Assembly: GCA_046331705.1 (NCBI GenBank)
Contig: JAXLQJ010000001.1
Span: forward strand, 62,001-126,000
Direction: 5' to 3'
Source: a bacterium
GTDB lineage: Bacteria > JADJOY01
Length of the DNA stretch: 64,000 nucleotides
Position 1 is the stretch's first letter, and each line of letters starts with the position of its first letter. Positions 17,045 through 27,485 of the stretch are shown here, in pieces. Under the pieces are notes generated by a model that was not told the DNA's origin, did not search any database, and saw nothing but the letters and a program-made list of their open reading frames with translations. Position numbers and translations under genes: made by a program.

Positions 17045-17434
17045 GTCGCGGCGACGGCCTGCGGCCAGGATCGAATGCGAAGCGGCTCCGCGAAGGCGAC
17101 CGAACCCACCCGTCGCATCCCGATCATCGGTCGCGGCGGCCACCGGTCACGCGCGCCGAGCTTACCCGACGGCATCTGCGCTGGCGCCACTCGGAGACAC
17201 TCCGATCCGCCGAGGCGCCGCACCCGTGGCACGCGTCCGGGCGGCGAAGCTCCGTGTGAGCCGAACGCGCGATCCGGAGTCCAGCGACGAAGCCCACCAG
17301 CGGGCGCGGCTCACCGAACGGAACCCGTACGTCCGAGACCGTTCCGCGACGCAAGAAGCGCCCAGCAGCGTAGAGGCGGCCCGCCACCGCCAGTCGTTCG
17401 TCTCGGGATCGAAGCCCGCGATCCGCTCGCCCGC

Positions 17435-17791
17435 TCAACGCGACTCCCCTGGGACAGCAAGGATCTCCATCACCTCGACGGCATCGCCCGGGAAGACCGT
17501 GAAGTGGGGGTGGCCTTCGAAGAGCTTGGCGGCGGCCTCGTGGGACGCGGCCTTCACGACGGTGAAGCCTGTCAGGGCGTTGCGGATGTCGGCGATGCCA
17601 GCGGGCCCGACGCTCTTCGTCTTTCCCAACGGTCCACCCATCTCGACGACGTCGGCTTCGTGCTCTTCGACCCACGCGTGCCACGCGGCGATGCCGCGCG
17701 TCTCGCGTTCCCGCCTCTGCTCGTCCGAGAGCGCGTTCCACTTCGACATCGAGGCTGGCGTACCGACGTAAACGGCGAGGAAATGTTTCAC
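17435..17791 (-). CDS. YciI-related small ferredoxin-fold protein
   Basis: MKHFLAVY...W.AW...GGPLGKTK...LTGFTVVKAASHEAAAKLFEGHPH pattern; GGGAG RBS. Confidence 0.75.
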   Translation of the reverse strand: MKHFLAVYVGTPASMSKWNALSDEQRRERETRGIAAWHAWVEEHEADVVEMGGPLGKTKSVGPAGIADIRNALTGFTVVKAASHEAAAKLFEGHPHFTVFPGDAVEVMEILAVPGESR

Positions 17792-17969
17792 GGATGGCTC
17801 CCAGGTGAGGGTTCGGATCGGGTGGCGGTCGAGAAGCGTCTGCGGCTGGCGGGTGCGGGTGCTCGCGGCGTCCGGCTGGCGGCGGCAACGGTCGAGTGGC
17901 GAACGCCGTTCGCAGGCGCGCCGAGCGACCGAAACCGCTCAGACGACTCCTTGGACACGCCCGGGCCCG

Positions 17970-18380
17970 TCAGACGTGCCCGCGAAGAAACCCCGCAGCG
18001 GCATCCGAGAGGCCGACGATCTTGTTGGTGGCCTGCCGGTAGAGCTTGAAGTTGAGCTCGGTCTCGGGGCGCCCGTCGTTCCAGTCGCGAAACGGCTTCA
18101 GCTCGGCGCGCCCCAACCGGCGCTTCGCGAGCGCGGTGCGCCGCACGGTGATGCTGACACACGGGGTCTGTCGATCGACGCCGGGCAGCCTCGGGGTGGG
18201 CTCGGCGGAGGTGACCACGCCCACCGCGACGAGCCCCGGGCCGCCCTCGTTCTCGCTGGCGAACAAGTAGACCGTGTCGCCGGCGGCGATCTTCTTGCCG
18301 CCGTACATGGTCTTCTGCGCGACGAGATCGAACGACTTCGCTCGCGGCTGATCGATGCGCGCCTTGATCGCGAAGATCAT
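17970..18380 (-). CDS. Conserved hypothetical protein, possibly EVE/PUA-like fold
   Basis: KTMYGGKKIAAGDTVYLFASENEGGPGLVAVGVV resembles the EVE core (GDxVFFYxS...GIVG); protein-like composition. Confidence 0.6.
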   Translation of the reverse strand: MIFAIKARIDQPRAKSFDLVAQKTMYGGKKIAAGDTVYLFASENEGGPGLVAVGVVTSAEPTPRLPGVDRQTPCVSITVRRTALAKRRLGRAELKPFRDWNDGRPETELNFKLYRQATNKIVGLSDAAAGFLRGHV

Positions 18381-18471
18381 GGGGCTCACGTATCGCGGCG
18401 ACGGACCACCGCGCAAGCGTGGCGGCGTCGCGTCCCGCCCGGGATCGATCGCGATCGACGTGCGTGCGCGG

Positions 18472-19512
18472 TCAGCCCGACGAGCGCCCGCGGCGGGGCG
18501 CGAGCTGGCTCACGATGTCGGGGCCGGCGAAGCCGGACTCGAAGAGGTGCAGACCGAAGCGTCGCGAGAGATCGGCGCACGCTTTCACGCCGCGGACACT
18601 GTTGCCCTTGGCGTCGAGCGGCGGCGAGAAGATCCCGATGCCGAGCCGCCCCGGCACCACCGCCACGATTCCGCCGCCCACGCCGCTCTTCGCGGGAAGG
18701 CCGACCTCGTACACCCACTCGCCGGCGGAGTCGTACATGCCGCACGTGTACATGACGCTCAAGAGATCGCGCACGTAGCGCTTCTCGAGCGCGCGCGCGC
18801 CGGTGAGCGGATTCACGCCGCCGTTGGCGAGCGTGGCGCCGATCATCGCCAGGTCGTGTGCCGTGACCAGCACCGAGCATTGCTGGAAGTAGAGATCGAG
18901 GGTGTCGTCGACCCGATCGCCGATCATGCCGAAGTTGAGCATGAGGTGGGCGATGGCGCGGTTGCGGTGACCGGTGAGCCGCTCGGACATGTAGACGCCG
19001 TTGTCGAGGTGCACCGGATGCCCGACGTAGCGACCGAACATCGCGAGCATGCGATTGACGCGCTCGGGCAGATCCTTGCCGGCCACCAGATCCGCGGTGG
19101 CGATCGCGCCGGCGTTGACCATCGGGTTGTAGGGACGGTTCGAGACCTCGTCGAGCTCGATCGAGTTGAACGCCTCGCCCGTCGGCTCGACACCCACCTT
19201 CGCGAGCACGGCGTCGCGCCCGCGATCCTCCAGCGCGAGCCCGAACACCAGCGGCTTCGAGACCGACTGGATCGTGAACGGCTGCTGGTGGTCGCCGACG
19301 TCCACGATCTGGCCGTCGACGGTGACGAGCGAGATGCCGAACCACGCAGGATCGGCGCGCGCCAGCTCGGGGATGTAGCTCGCGACCTGGCCGTCCGCGA
19401 CGCCTGCGTACGTCCGGTGCACGTCGAGCAACGCCTCGCGCAGCGGCGACGCCGCGGCCTTCATGCGCCCCACGAGCGCATCGAGGGCGTCCACCTTCTT
19501 CTCCGAAGCCAT
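18472..19512 (-). CDS. glsA: Glutaminase A
   Basis: [20 protein letters not shown] (catalytic SxxK), [44 protein letters not shown]. Confidence 0.95.
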   Translation of the reverse strand: MASEKKVDALDALVGRMKAAASPLREALLDVHRTYAGVADGQVASYIPELARADPAWFGISLVTVDGQIVDVGDHQQPFTIQSVSKPLVFGLALEDRGRDAVLAKVGVEPTGEAFNSIELDEVSNRPYNPMVNAGAIATADLVAGKDLPERVNRMLAMFGRYVGHPVHLDNGVYMSERLTGHRNRAIAHLMLNFGMIGDRVDDTLDLYFQQCSVLVTAHDLAMIGATLANGGVNPLTGARALEKRYVRDLLSVMYTCGMYDSAGEWVYEVGLPAKSGVGGGIVAVVPGRLGIGIFSPPLDAKGNSVRGVKACADLSRRFGLHLFESGFAGPDIVSQLAPRRGRSSG

Positions 19513-19539
19513 GGCGAAGCTCTCCGCTCGACGTCGCGC

Positions 19540-20355
19540 TCAGGCGGGCACGCGCGTCGGCTCCTCCGACCGCGCTCGGCCGAGAATGCGGTCGGCGATG
19601 ACGCGCAGCTCGCGCGTGAACGCGTGGCGCGGATGACGCATCACGAACACGCCGCCGCTCGCCACCTCGACCATCTCGAGGTTGAGCGGCAGCACGCCCG
19701 CCACCTCGACGCCGAAGGTGCGCGCGACCTCGGCGCGCAAGGTCAGGGCGTCGAGGCTCGGCGGAACCTTGTTGATCGTGAGCAGGATCTCGGGGACCTC
19801 GAGCCGGCGCGCCAGCTCGAGCGTGACCGCGGTGCCTTGGTAGTCCTGGGCGTCGGGCCGCATGATCAGCACCAGGAGGTCGGAGATCGCGAGCGAGAGC
19901 AGCGTCTCCTCGTTCACCCCTGGATGGGTGTCGATGAAGAGCAGATCGAGCGCCAGGCTCGCCATGAGCTCGCGGAAGCCGTCGTTGAGGCGACCCACGT
20001 CGTAGCCGTCGCGCAGCACGCGGCCGATCTCGTCGCTGCGGATGCTGGACGGAACCAGCCACAGGCGCCCGCGCTGCGGCGTCGCAGGCGGGTCCGCGGC
20101 CTCGTCGATCAGGAGGCGCGTGACGTCGACCGCGGCCTCGTCGATCCTGCACGTGCCCCACAGAAACCCGTTCAAGCAGTGATGGACGGTGGTCTCGTCG
20201 ATGCCGAAGAGGACGTGCACGCCCGGCGACTGGAGATCGGTGTCGACGATCCCCACGCGCTGGCCCTGAAGCGCGCAGAGCGACGCCAGGTTGGCCGTGC
20301 AGTTCGACTTTCCGGTCCCACCGCGAAACGAGTGCACGGACACGATCGTGGGCAT
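19540..20355 (-). CDS. MinD/ParA family ATPase
   Basis: SVHSFRGGTGKS deviant Walker A (Arg in place of the signature Lys), VDTDLQSPG, FIDTHPG, INKV. Confidence 0.9.
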   Translation of the reverse strand: MPTIVSVHSFRGGTGKSNCTANLASLCALQGQRVGIVDTDLQSPGVHVLFGIDETTVHHCLNGFLWGTCRIDEAAVDVTRLLIDEAADPPATPQRGRLWLVPSSIRSDEIGRVLRDGYDVGRLNDGFRELMASLALDLLFIDTHPGVNEETLLSLAISDLLVLIMRPDAQDYQGTAVTLELARRLEVPEILLTINKVPPSLDALTLRAEVARTFGVEVAGVLPLNLEMVEVASGGVFVMRHPRHAFTRELRVIADRILGRARSEEPTRVPA

Positions 20356-20382
20356 CGCTTGCCGATTCCGCTCTCTCGGCCC

Positions 20383-20874
20383 TCAGTCGGACCGCTGCTT
20401 GCGCAACTCGCGCGCTTTGTCGAGGAGCGCCTTGAACGTGTCGGATTCGGCGATCGCCTCGACCTCCTTGGTCTTCTGCGCCTCGTCGATCGCGATCGGC
20501 TTCACCGACACTCCGGGGAACGAGATCGTGGGCATGTCCGCGGCGAGATCCGTGGCGACCACCGCTTCCAGCTCCGGCCCCGCGGTGCCGAGCCGGAACA
20601 CGACGGCCTCCGTGACCGGCACGATCGTCACCGGCACACCCGCGACGATCAGCCCCCGCGAGCTCACCCCTGCCAACACCCAGCGGCCCTCGCTGAACCG
20701 CAGCTCGGCGTGCAGTCGCGAAACGTAGGGGTCCGCGACGGTGATCTCGCATTCGCGCGCTCGGCCGATGCGCACCACGGGCACCGTGAGCTGCCAAGTC
20801 TGAATCGGCAGCCCGCGCACGCGATCGAGCAAATGCACGGTCAGCGGCGGGATGGGAAAGAGCTCGAGATCCAT
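20383..20874 (-). CDS. FHA domain protein
   Basis: VRIGRARECEITVADPYVSRLHAEL shows the FHA G-R and S-x-x-H motifs. Confidence 0.8.
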   Translation of the reverse strand: MDLELFPIPPLTVHLLDRVRGLPIQTWQLTVPVVRIGRARECEITVADPYVSRLHAELRFSEGRWVLAGVSSRGLIVAGVPVTIVPVTEAVVFRLGTAGPELEAVVATDLAADMPTISFPGVSVKPIAIDEAQKTKEVEAIAESDTFKALLDKARELRKQRSD

Positions 20875-20929
20875 GGAGAGTTGGAACGCTCGGGGCGCGT
20901 TGCCGTTCGTCGACGAGGCCGCCGTGTTT

Positions 20930-20945
20930 AGCAGGCGGCATGCCA
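20930..20945 (-). promoter_or_regulatory. Putative sigma54 (-24/-12) promoter of the FHA-MinD-glsA operon
   Basis: Minus strand reads (C)TGGCATGCCGCCTGCT with exact GG-N10-GC spacing, about 55 nt upstream of ATG 20874. Confidence 0.65.
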
Positions 20946-21214
20946 GCGATGCGGCGCGCGCGCCGACCACCGAAAGCGCGCGAATTCCCGCGCTTCCTGC
21001 GTGGCTTCGCTGGCCGGCAGGCGGCGCCGAGCGCTCAGCGATGGCGCCCAGGGGCCAATGCGGGACCACTGCTGAGTCAAAGGTGTTCCCGCGGCACCAA
21101 CCCAGCACGGACGAACGCGCGTGGGAAGACCCGAGCCTCGGGCGACGTCGCCAGTCGTCCGTGAACGCGCCCCTCGACGTATGCTCGACCTGCGCAAGTG
21201 AACCCGGAGACGCC

Positions 21215-22867
21215 ATGGCGAAGACCACGCCCGCTCGCCAACTCACCGCCGTCGCCGAATGCGACGCCGCGCTCGGGCCAGCGTTCGAGAAAGCGCTCGC
21301 AGCCGCGTTGCGCCAGCTCGCGCGAAACGAGCGTGGCGCCACCGTGCTCCGCTTCGGCCTCCATCTCGGGGACCTCTATTGCTGGCCCATCGCCGCGACC
21401 GCAGCGCGAAAGCTCGCGGAGGACATTCAGCTCGCGCGTGAGCTGCCGCTGGCGGGCGCGTGGGAGGAACGGCAGCTCTGGAACCGTGATTCCGGCTTCA
21501 CCGTGGATGCGCCGCGCGCACCGTTCGCGGCCATCGAACGGATCCTGGCGCGGCGTGCGGCTCTCGTGGAGGAGCAAGACGAGCTCGCCAGTAGCCCGCT
21601 CCCAGCCCGCCTCGCAGGCGTGACCGAGGCGTGTCTCGCCGCCTTCGAGCGCCTCGACCAGCGCGGCGCGTTCGGGTCGGGCGAGCGGCGCGAGCGGCTG
21701 TTGCTCGATCCAGGGCTCGAATGGCTGGATGACGAAGCATGGGTCGCCGCGGTCCGGCGACTGAACGCGTCGTCGCTCGTGGACGTGGTCGCGAACGACC
21801 TGGCGCGCCGCGACGATCTCCGACGCGCGTATGTGACCACGTCCCCCGACAAGCGCACGATCGACGCGAGCAACCGCCGAACGTGCCTGGCGTTCCTCGA
21901 GCACAGCGATTGGTTTCGGCGCTGGATCGGGGCATGGCACCTCGGGCTGGCGGAGCACGACGTCGCGACACTCGATGGACCGCTGCGTACCGCACTCGAC
22001 GACGCCGACGGTCGAGTACGTGTGGCGGCGGCGAGGTCGCTGGCGCTTCTCGGCTCGCCTGGCAGCAGCGAAACACGGCGCGTGCTCGGCCGAGCGCTCG
22101 AAAGCGGCGAGCACAGCGAGCGGGAGAGCGCCGCGTGGGCGCTGGCGTGGAACGCCAGAGCGCTCCATCGCGAAGCGCCGTTGCTCGTGCCCTTGCTCAC
22201 GGATCCAGACCCCGCGCTACGCGTCGCAGCCATGGTCGGGCTGATGCGTGCTGCGCCGGAGCCCAGCGACGCGATCCTCCGTGCCGTCGAGCACGCCACC
22301 GCGATGCGCGAGGACGACCCGCACGGCGAGCTCGTTGCCGCGCTGGCGATCGGCGTCGGCGCCAGCACGGAAGCGGAGCCCGGCCCTTTCCAGCGCCGCT
22401 TGGTGGAAGCGGCCGGGCGAACCGAGGGAGCGCTCACCAGCGAGGCCGCGTGGATGCTGGGGCAGATCGCGCCGCGGCGCCCGTCCGCGTTGCGCAGCCT
22501 CCTCGCCGTGATGCCGGTGCAGCCGGGAGCGGCGCGCGAGTTGAAGAGCGTTGGCGCCGCAGCGGTGCCCGGGCTCGTCCAGGCACTGCGCTCGGGGGAC
22601 GCGAAGCTCGAAGAGGTCGCGGCCGACGGCCTCGCCGAGCTGGGTGCCGTGGCCGCCGACGCGGTGCCGGCGCTCATCGAAGCGCTTGCATCGCCGCATT
22701 GGGTCGTGCGCACCAGCGCCGCCAACGCGCTGCGTCCGATGCGGGATCGAGCACGGGAAGCGATTCCCGCGTTGCGCCGTCTCACGGAGGACGAGCACCC
22801 AGCGGTGGTCAAGGCCGCGCGAACTGCGCTCGTCTGGATCGATCGCCCGCCCACATCCGGAAACTGA
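21215..22867 (+). CDS. DUF4303-like N-terminal domain fused to HEAT/PBS-lyase repeats
   Basis: ACLAAFERLDQRGAFGSGERRERLLL...VRRLN resembles DUF4303; repeated L..AL.D.D..VR.AAA.AL units; GGAG RBS. Confidence 0.7.
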   Translation: MAKTTPARQLTAVAECDAALGPAFEKALAAALRQLARNERGATVLRFGLHLGDLYCWPIAATAARKLAEDIQLARELPLAGAWEERQLWNRDSGFTVDAPRAPFAAIERILARRAALVEEQDELASSPLPARLAGVTEACLAAFERLDQRGAFGSGERRERLLLDPGLEWLDDEAWVAAVRRLNASSLVDVVANDLARRDDLRRAYVTTSPDKRTIDASNRRTCLAFLEHSDWFRRWIGAWHLGLAEHDVATLDGPLRTALDDADGRVRVAAARSLALLGSPGSSETRRVLGRALESGEHSERESAAWALAWNARALHREAPLLVPLLTDPDPALRVAAMVGLMRAAPEPSDAILRAVEHATAMREDDPHGELVAALAIGVGASTEAEPGPFQRRLVEAAGRTEGALTSEAAWMLGQIAPRRPSALRSLLAVMPVQPGAARELKSVGAAAVPGLVQALRSGDAKLEEVAADGLAELGAVAADAVPALIEALASPHWVVRTSAANALRPMRDRAREAIPALRRLTEDEHPAVVKAARTALVWIDRPPTSGN

Positions 22868-23026
22868 GCCGGGGCCACGACGGCTGGACGCCGCGCCGGC
22901 TCATGGCACATCCTCCGGGATCATCGTGCTCGAGACCCGCGCGACGCCTAGTCCGCGTCCGCGGCGCTTCGGCGCCCGCTGTCTCGCGCGTGTCATCTCG
23001 GCGCGCGTCCGTCCGCTCGGAGCTCA

Positions 23027-25594
23027 GTGGTGAATCGCATCGTCCCGCGCGGGATGTTCCTCCACGACGGCGAAGACAAGTTCGTCGTGAAGGGCTTCTC
23101 CTACGGCCCGTTCGTGCCCAACGCGAACGGCGAACCGTTGCCCGATCCGCGTGCCGTGGAGCGCGACTTCGCGATCATGGCGGAGCTCGGCGCCAACAGC
23201 GTGCGCGTCTACCACGTGCCGCCGCTCTGGTTCGCGGAGATCGCGGCGCGCTTCAACCTGCGGCTCATGGTGGGCGTGCCCTGGCAGCAGCACATCCGCT
23301 TCCTCGACGATCGCACCACGCCCAAGAGCATCCGTGAGCGCGTCGCCGACGCCGCGCATCGACTGGGCGGCGGCAAGGCGCCGATGCTCTCGGTGCTGAT
23401 CGGCAACGAGATCCCGCCCCAGGTGGTGCGCTGGTACGGCCCCACCAAGGTCGAGCGGTTCCTGAACGAGCTCTACGACACCGTGAAGCAGATCGATCCC
23501 GATCTCCTGGTGTCGTACGCGAACTTCCCGTCCACCGAGTACCTGGAGTGCGAGTTCCTCGACTACGTGTCGTTCAACGTCTACCTGCACCGCGAGCACG
23601 ACTTTCGGAACTACGTGGGTCGTCTGCAGAACCTCGCCGACTTCCGGCCGCTCGTGATCAGCGAGTTCGGCATGGACTCGATCCGCGAAGGCGAGGAGCA
23701 CCAGGCCGAGCTCATCGACCACACCTTGCGCGCGGGCTGGGAAATGGGGCTCGCCGGCGCGGTGGTGTTCGCGTTCACCGACGAATGGTTCACCGGCGGC
23801 TACGACGTCACCGATTGGGCGTTCGGCGCCGTGCGCCGTGATCGCTCGCTCAAGCCCGCCGCCGAAGCGGTGCGGAAACTCTTCACCTGCCGCGTTCCGC
23901 CGCCGCCCGATCCGGCGCCCAAGGTGTCGCTGGTCATCTGCGCTTACAACGCGGAGCGCACGCTGCGCGAGTGCCTGGAATCGCTGTGGCGGATCACCTA
24001 TCCCAACTACGAGGTGATCATCGTCGACGACGGATCCACGGACCGCACCAAGGCGATCGCGCAGGAATACCCGGAGTTCAAGCTCATCTCGCACGAGAAC
24101 CGCGGGCTCTCGGTGGCGCGGAACGAAGGCGCGCTCGCCGGCACCGGCGACATCGTCGCCTACACCGATTCCGATTGCGCCGTCGACCCCGACTGGCTCA
24201 CCTACCACGTCCACCAATTGCTGCGCGGCGGGTGGGCGGCGGTGGGCGGACCGAATCTGCCGCCGCCCGAGGACGACTGGGTCACCGAGGCGGTGGCGCG
24301 CGCACCCGGCGGTCCCACGCACATCCTGCTCACGGATCGCGAGGCCGAGCACATCCCCGGCTGCAACATGATGTTCTGGAAGAAGCACCTCGTGGGCGTG
24401 GGCCTCTTCGACGCGGCGTTCACCGCCGCGGGCGACGACGTCGACCTCTGCTGGCGCCTGCAGAATCAGGGACACAAGATCGGCTACACGCCCGCGGCGC
24501 TGGTCTGGCACCGTCGGCGCAGCACCGTGAACGCGTATCTCAAGCAGCAGCGCGGCTACGGGCTCGCCGAGGGAATGCTCTATTTCAAGCACCCGCTGCG
24601 CTTCAATCGGCTCGGGCAGTCGCGCTGGCTGGGACGGATCTACAGCGATCTCGGTACCGGCATTTTGTCGCGCCGGCCGATCATCTATTCGGGGCCGTTC
24701 GGCGCTGGGCTGTTCCAGACGCTCTACGAGCCGCCCGCGGGCCTCCTCGCGTATCTGCCCGCCAGCCTCGAATGGAACGTCGCGTGGATGATGCTGCTCG
24801 TCTTGTCGATCGCCGGCTACGTCCAGGGCGAGCCGTTGCCGATGCTGCTGTCGAGCGGGCTCGCGCTGGCGGGGATCTCGATCGGCCAGGCGCTCAAGGT
24901 GGGCTTCACGGCGGACGTGAGCGGGCTGCCGCCGCTGCGGGCGCGGCTCTTGATCGCGTATCTGAACTACATGGGGCCGCTGGTGCGCGGCATCGCCCGG
25001 CACAAGTACCGCACCAAGCGCCTCGCGGGCGTCGATCAGATCAGCTGGCCGTCGCCGCGCCAGAAACCCTCCATCGACCTGCGCGGACGCAGGCTCACGG
25101 TGTGGTACTGGGACGAGACCGGGATCGAGAAGGAGGAGATCCTCGGCCGCGTGGCGTGGTTCCTGCGCCTTCGGAAGTACTTCGTGGTGGAGGACAACGG
25201 CTGGAACCCGTGGGACCTGCGCGTCTATCGCGGCGTGTGGACGCGCGGCGAGGTGCGCGTGCTGGTGGAGAACCACGGCGGGCTCAAACGCCAGGTGGAC
25301 GTCGAGGTGCGGCTCCACACGAGCGGCTGGGCCAAGCTCGTGCTGGCGCTCTTTCCGCTCGGTGTCGGGCTGGCGGCGATGGTGCACGACTGGCGCACGG
25401 CGCTGGTCGCCGGGATCGCCTCCTTCGCGGCGGCGGTCTTCATCGCCGCCGAGGAGTTCGAGCTGGGACGTGAGCTGTTCCGGGTGATGGAAGTGGTGGC
25501 GGCGCAGATTCCACTTCTGCCGCCGCCGCGCTTCGGCCGTGAGCCCCGCTCCAATCACGTGCGCTCGGCGGAGCCCGCCGCGAACCCCGCGTGA
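23027..25594 (+). CDS. GH-A clan (GH2-like) TIM barrel fused to GT2 glycosyltransferase with C-terminal membrane helices
   Basis: GANSVRVY, IGNE (acid/base), ISEFG (nucleophile); VICAYN, VDDGSTD, YTDSD, GDDVDLCWR, QQRGYG; several C-terminal TMs. Confidence 0.9.
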   Translation: MVNRIVPRGMFLHDGEDKFVVKGFSYGPFVPNANGEPLPDPRAVERDFAIMAELGANSVRVYHVPPLWFAEIAARFNLRLMVGVPWQQHIRFLDDRTTPKSIRERVADAAHRLGGGKAPMLSVLIGNEIPPQVVRWYGPTKVERFLNELYDTVKQIDPDLLVSYANFPSTEYLECEFLDYVSFNVYLHREHDFRNYVGRLQNLADFRPLVISEFGMDSIREGEEHQAELIDHTLRAGWEMGLAGAVVFAFTDEWFTGGYDVTDWAFGAVRRDRSLKPAAEAVRKLFTCRVPPPPDPAPKVSLVICAYNAERTLRECLESLWRITYPNYEVIIVDDGSTDRTKAIAQEYPEFKLISHENRGLSVARNEGALAGTGDIVAYTDSDCAVDPDWLTYHVHQLLRGGWAAVGGPNLPPPEDDWVTEAVARAPGGPTHILLTDREAEHIPGCNMMFWKKHLVGVGLFDAAFTAAGDDVDLCWRLQNQGHKIGYTPAALVWHRRRSTVNAYLKQQRGYGLAEGMLYFKHPLRFNRLGQSRWLGRIYSDLGTGILSRRPIIYSGPFGAGLFQTLYEPPAGLLAYLPASLEWNVAWMMLLVLSIAGYVQGEPLPMLLSSGLALAGISIGQALKVGFTADVSGLPPLRARLLIAYLNYMGPLVRGIARHKYRTKRLAGVDQISWPSPRQKPSIDLRGRRLTVWYWDETGIEKEEILGRVAWFLRLRKYFVVEDNGWNPWDLRVYRGVWTRGEVRVLVENHGGLKRQVDVEVRLHTSGWAKLVLALFPLGVGLAAMVHDWRTALVAGIASFAAAVFIAAEEFELGRELFRVMEVVAAQIPLLPPPRFGREPRSNHVRSAEPAANPA

Positions 25595-25622
25595 ACCGCA
25601 ACGGCGCAGCCGGGGGCGAGCG

Positions 25623-27416
25623 ATGAGCGGCCAGCCGCCGCGACGTCGCTGGGACGCGCACCGGCGTCTCTTGCGCTACCTCGGCCCCCATCGCGGGGAG
25701 TTCGCGTTCATCCTGCTACAGCTCGGGGTGGTTTCCGCGCTCGGGCTCGCGCGACCGTGGCCGCTCAAGATCGCGGTGGATCACGTCTTCGCGAGCGGCG
25801 CGGTCCCGGCGTGGCTCCCGAACGATCGCGGGACGCTCTTCGGGGCGCTGCTGCTCGCGGCACTGCTCGTCGAGACCCTGCCCGCGTGGTGGGGTGTCGC
25901 GCTCAACTGGCAGACGATCCGGCTCGGCCAGCGGCTGGTGAACGATTTCCGCGCCGACACCGTGCAGCACCTGCACCGCCTGTCGCTGCTCTTCTTCACG
26001 CGCCATCCGCCCGACGATCTCGTCTATCGGCTCACGGCCAACACGTTCTCGGTGCAGTCGATCACCATGGGCGGGCTCTACCCGCTCGCCACCGCGGTGC
26101 TCACCTTGGGCGGCATGCTCGTCATCATGGTGCGCCTCGACCCCACGCTCACGCTGGTGTCGGTCGCGGTGCTGCCGTTCTTCGCGGCGATCATCCGTTC
26201 CATGGGATCGGTGGTGGGACCGCGCGCCACGCGGCTCGCGGAGAGCGAGAGCCAACTGCTCTCCGAGGCGCAGCGCGGCGTGCGTGCCGTGCACCTGGTG
26301 CAGGCGTTCACCGCCGAGGACGACGAGGTGCGGCGCTTCATGGCGGCGAGCGAGCGCACCCTCGACCAAGCGCTCGAGCTCTACACGCTGCAGACCGTGT
26401 ACTCGTCGGTGACCACCACGGTGGGTGCGCTCGGCACGGTGGCGGTGCTCTACGTGGGCGGCACCGCGGTGATCGAGCAGCGGCTCACCGTCGGCGACCT
26501 GCTGGTCTTCCTGTCGTACCTGAGCTCGCTCTACGGGCCGATCAACTCGATCATCCAGACCACGGCCACCATCCAGGCCGCCGCCGCGCAAGCGCAACGG
26601 GTCTTCGAGGTCCTCGACTCCGAACCCGAGGTCAAGAACCGGCCGGGCGCCAAGGCGGTGAGCGCGCCGCGCGGCGCGGTGCGCTTCGAGCGCGTGAGCT
26701 TTCGCTATCCGAACGCCGCCGAGCTGGCGCTCGAGGACGTGAGCTTCGCGGTTCCGGCGGGCACCTCGGTGGCTCTGGTCGGGCCGACGGGCGCGGGCAA
26801 GACCACGCTGTGCTCGATGATCCTGCGCTTCTTCGATCCCGCCACCGGCGCGATCCACTTCGACGGCGCCGATCTTCGCGACCTCGACGTGAAGAGCTAC
26901 CGGCGGGCGCTGGGCGTGGTCCCGCAATCGCCGCTGCTCTTCCACGCGACCGTCGCGCAGAACCTGCTCTACGGCCGCCCGGACGCGAGCCGCGACGACT
27001 TGCTACGCGCCGCGCGCGCCGCCGAGGTCGACGAGTTCGTGGAGCGGCTGCCGCAGAAGTACGACACCATCCTCGGCCCCGACGGCGTGGCGCTCTCCCT
27101 CGGGCAACAGCAGCGCCTCACGATCGCCCGTGCGCTGCTGCGCAACCCCGCGGTGCTGATCTTGGACGAGCCCACGGCGTCGCTCGACGCCGAGACCGAG
27201 CGCGCCGTGATCCACGGTATCGAGACGCTCATGAGCGGCCGCACCACGTTCGTGATCGCGCACCGGCTCTCGACCGTGCGGCGCGCCGACGTGATCTTGG
27301 TCCTCGAGCGGGGACGCCTCGTGCAGCGCGGCACCTTCGACGAGCTACGCGACCAGCCCGGCCTCTTCCAGCGCCTCGCCGAAGCCCAATTCGGCGAAGA
27401 TCCAGCCCCGAAGTAG
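25623..27416 (+). CDS. ABC exporter, fused permease and ATP-binding domains
   Basis: Six-TM N-terminus, Walker A GPTGAGKT, signature LSLGQQQR, Walker B LILDE, IAHRLST. Confidence 0.93.
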   Translation: MSGQPPRRRWDAHRRLLRYLGPHRGEFAFILLQLGVVSALGLARPWPLKIAVDHVFASGAVPAWLPNDRGTLFGALLLAALLVETLPAWWGVALNWQTIRLGQRLVNDFRADTVQHLHRLSLLFFTRHPPDDLVYRLTANTFSVQSITMGGLYPLATAVLTLGGMLVIMVRLDPTLTLVSVAVLPFFAAIIRSMGSVVGPRATRLAESESQLLSEAQRGVRAVHLVQAFTAEDDEVRRFMAASERTLDQALELYTLQTVYSSVTTTVGALGTVAVLYVGGTAVIEQRLTVGDLLVFLSYLSSLYGPINSIIQTTATIQAAAAQAQRVFEVLDSEPEVKNRPGAKAVSAPRGAVRFERVSFRYPNAAELALEDVSFAVPAGTSVALVGPTGAGKTTLCSMILRFFDPATGAIHFDGADLRDLDVKSYRRALGVVPQSPLLFHATVAQNLLYGRPDASRDDLLRAARAAEVDEFVERLPQKYDTILGPDGVALSLGQQQRLTIARALLRNPAVLILDEPTASLDAETERAVIHGIETLMSGRTTFVIAHRLSTVRRADVILVLERGRLVQRGTFDELRDQPGLFQRLAEAQFGEDPAPK

Positions 27417-27485
27417 ATCTTCCGCGCGGCTTTCGACAGCACCGCTGCCGACCCCACGGGCCTCGGCGGCGCGTGCCAGGCATTC

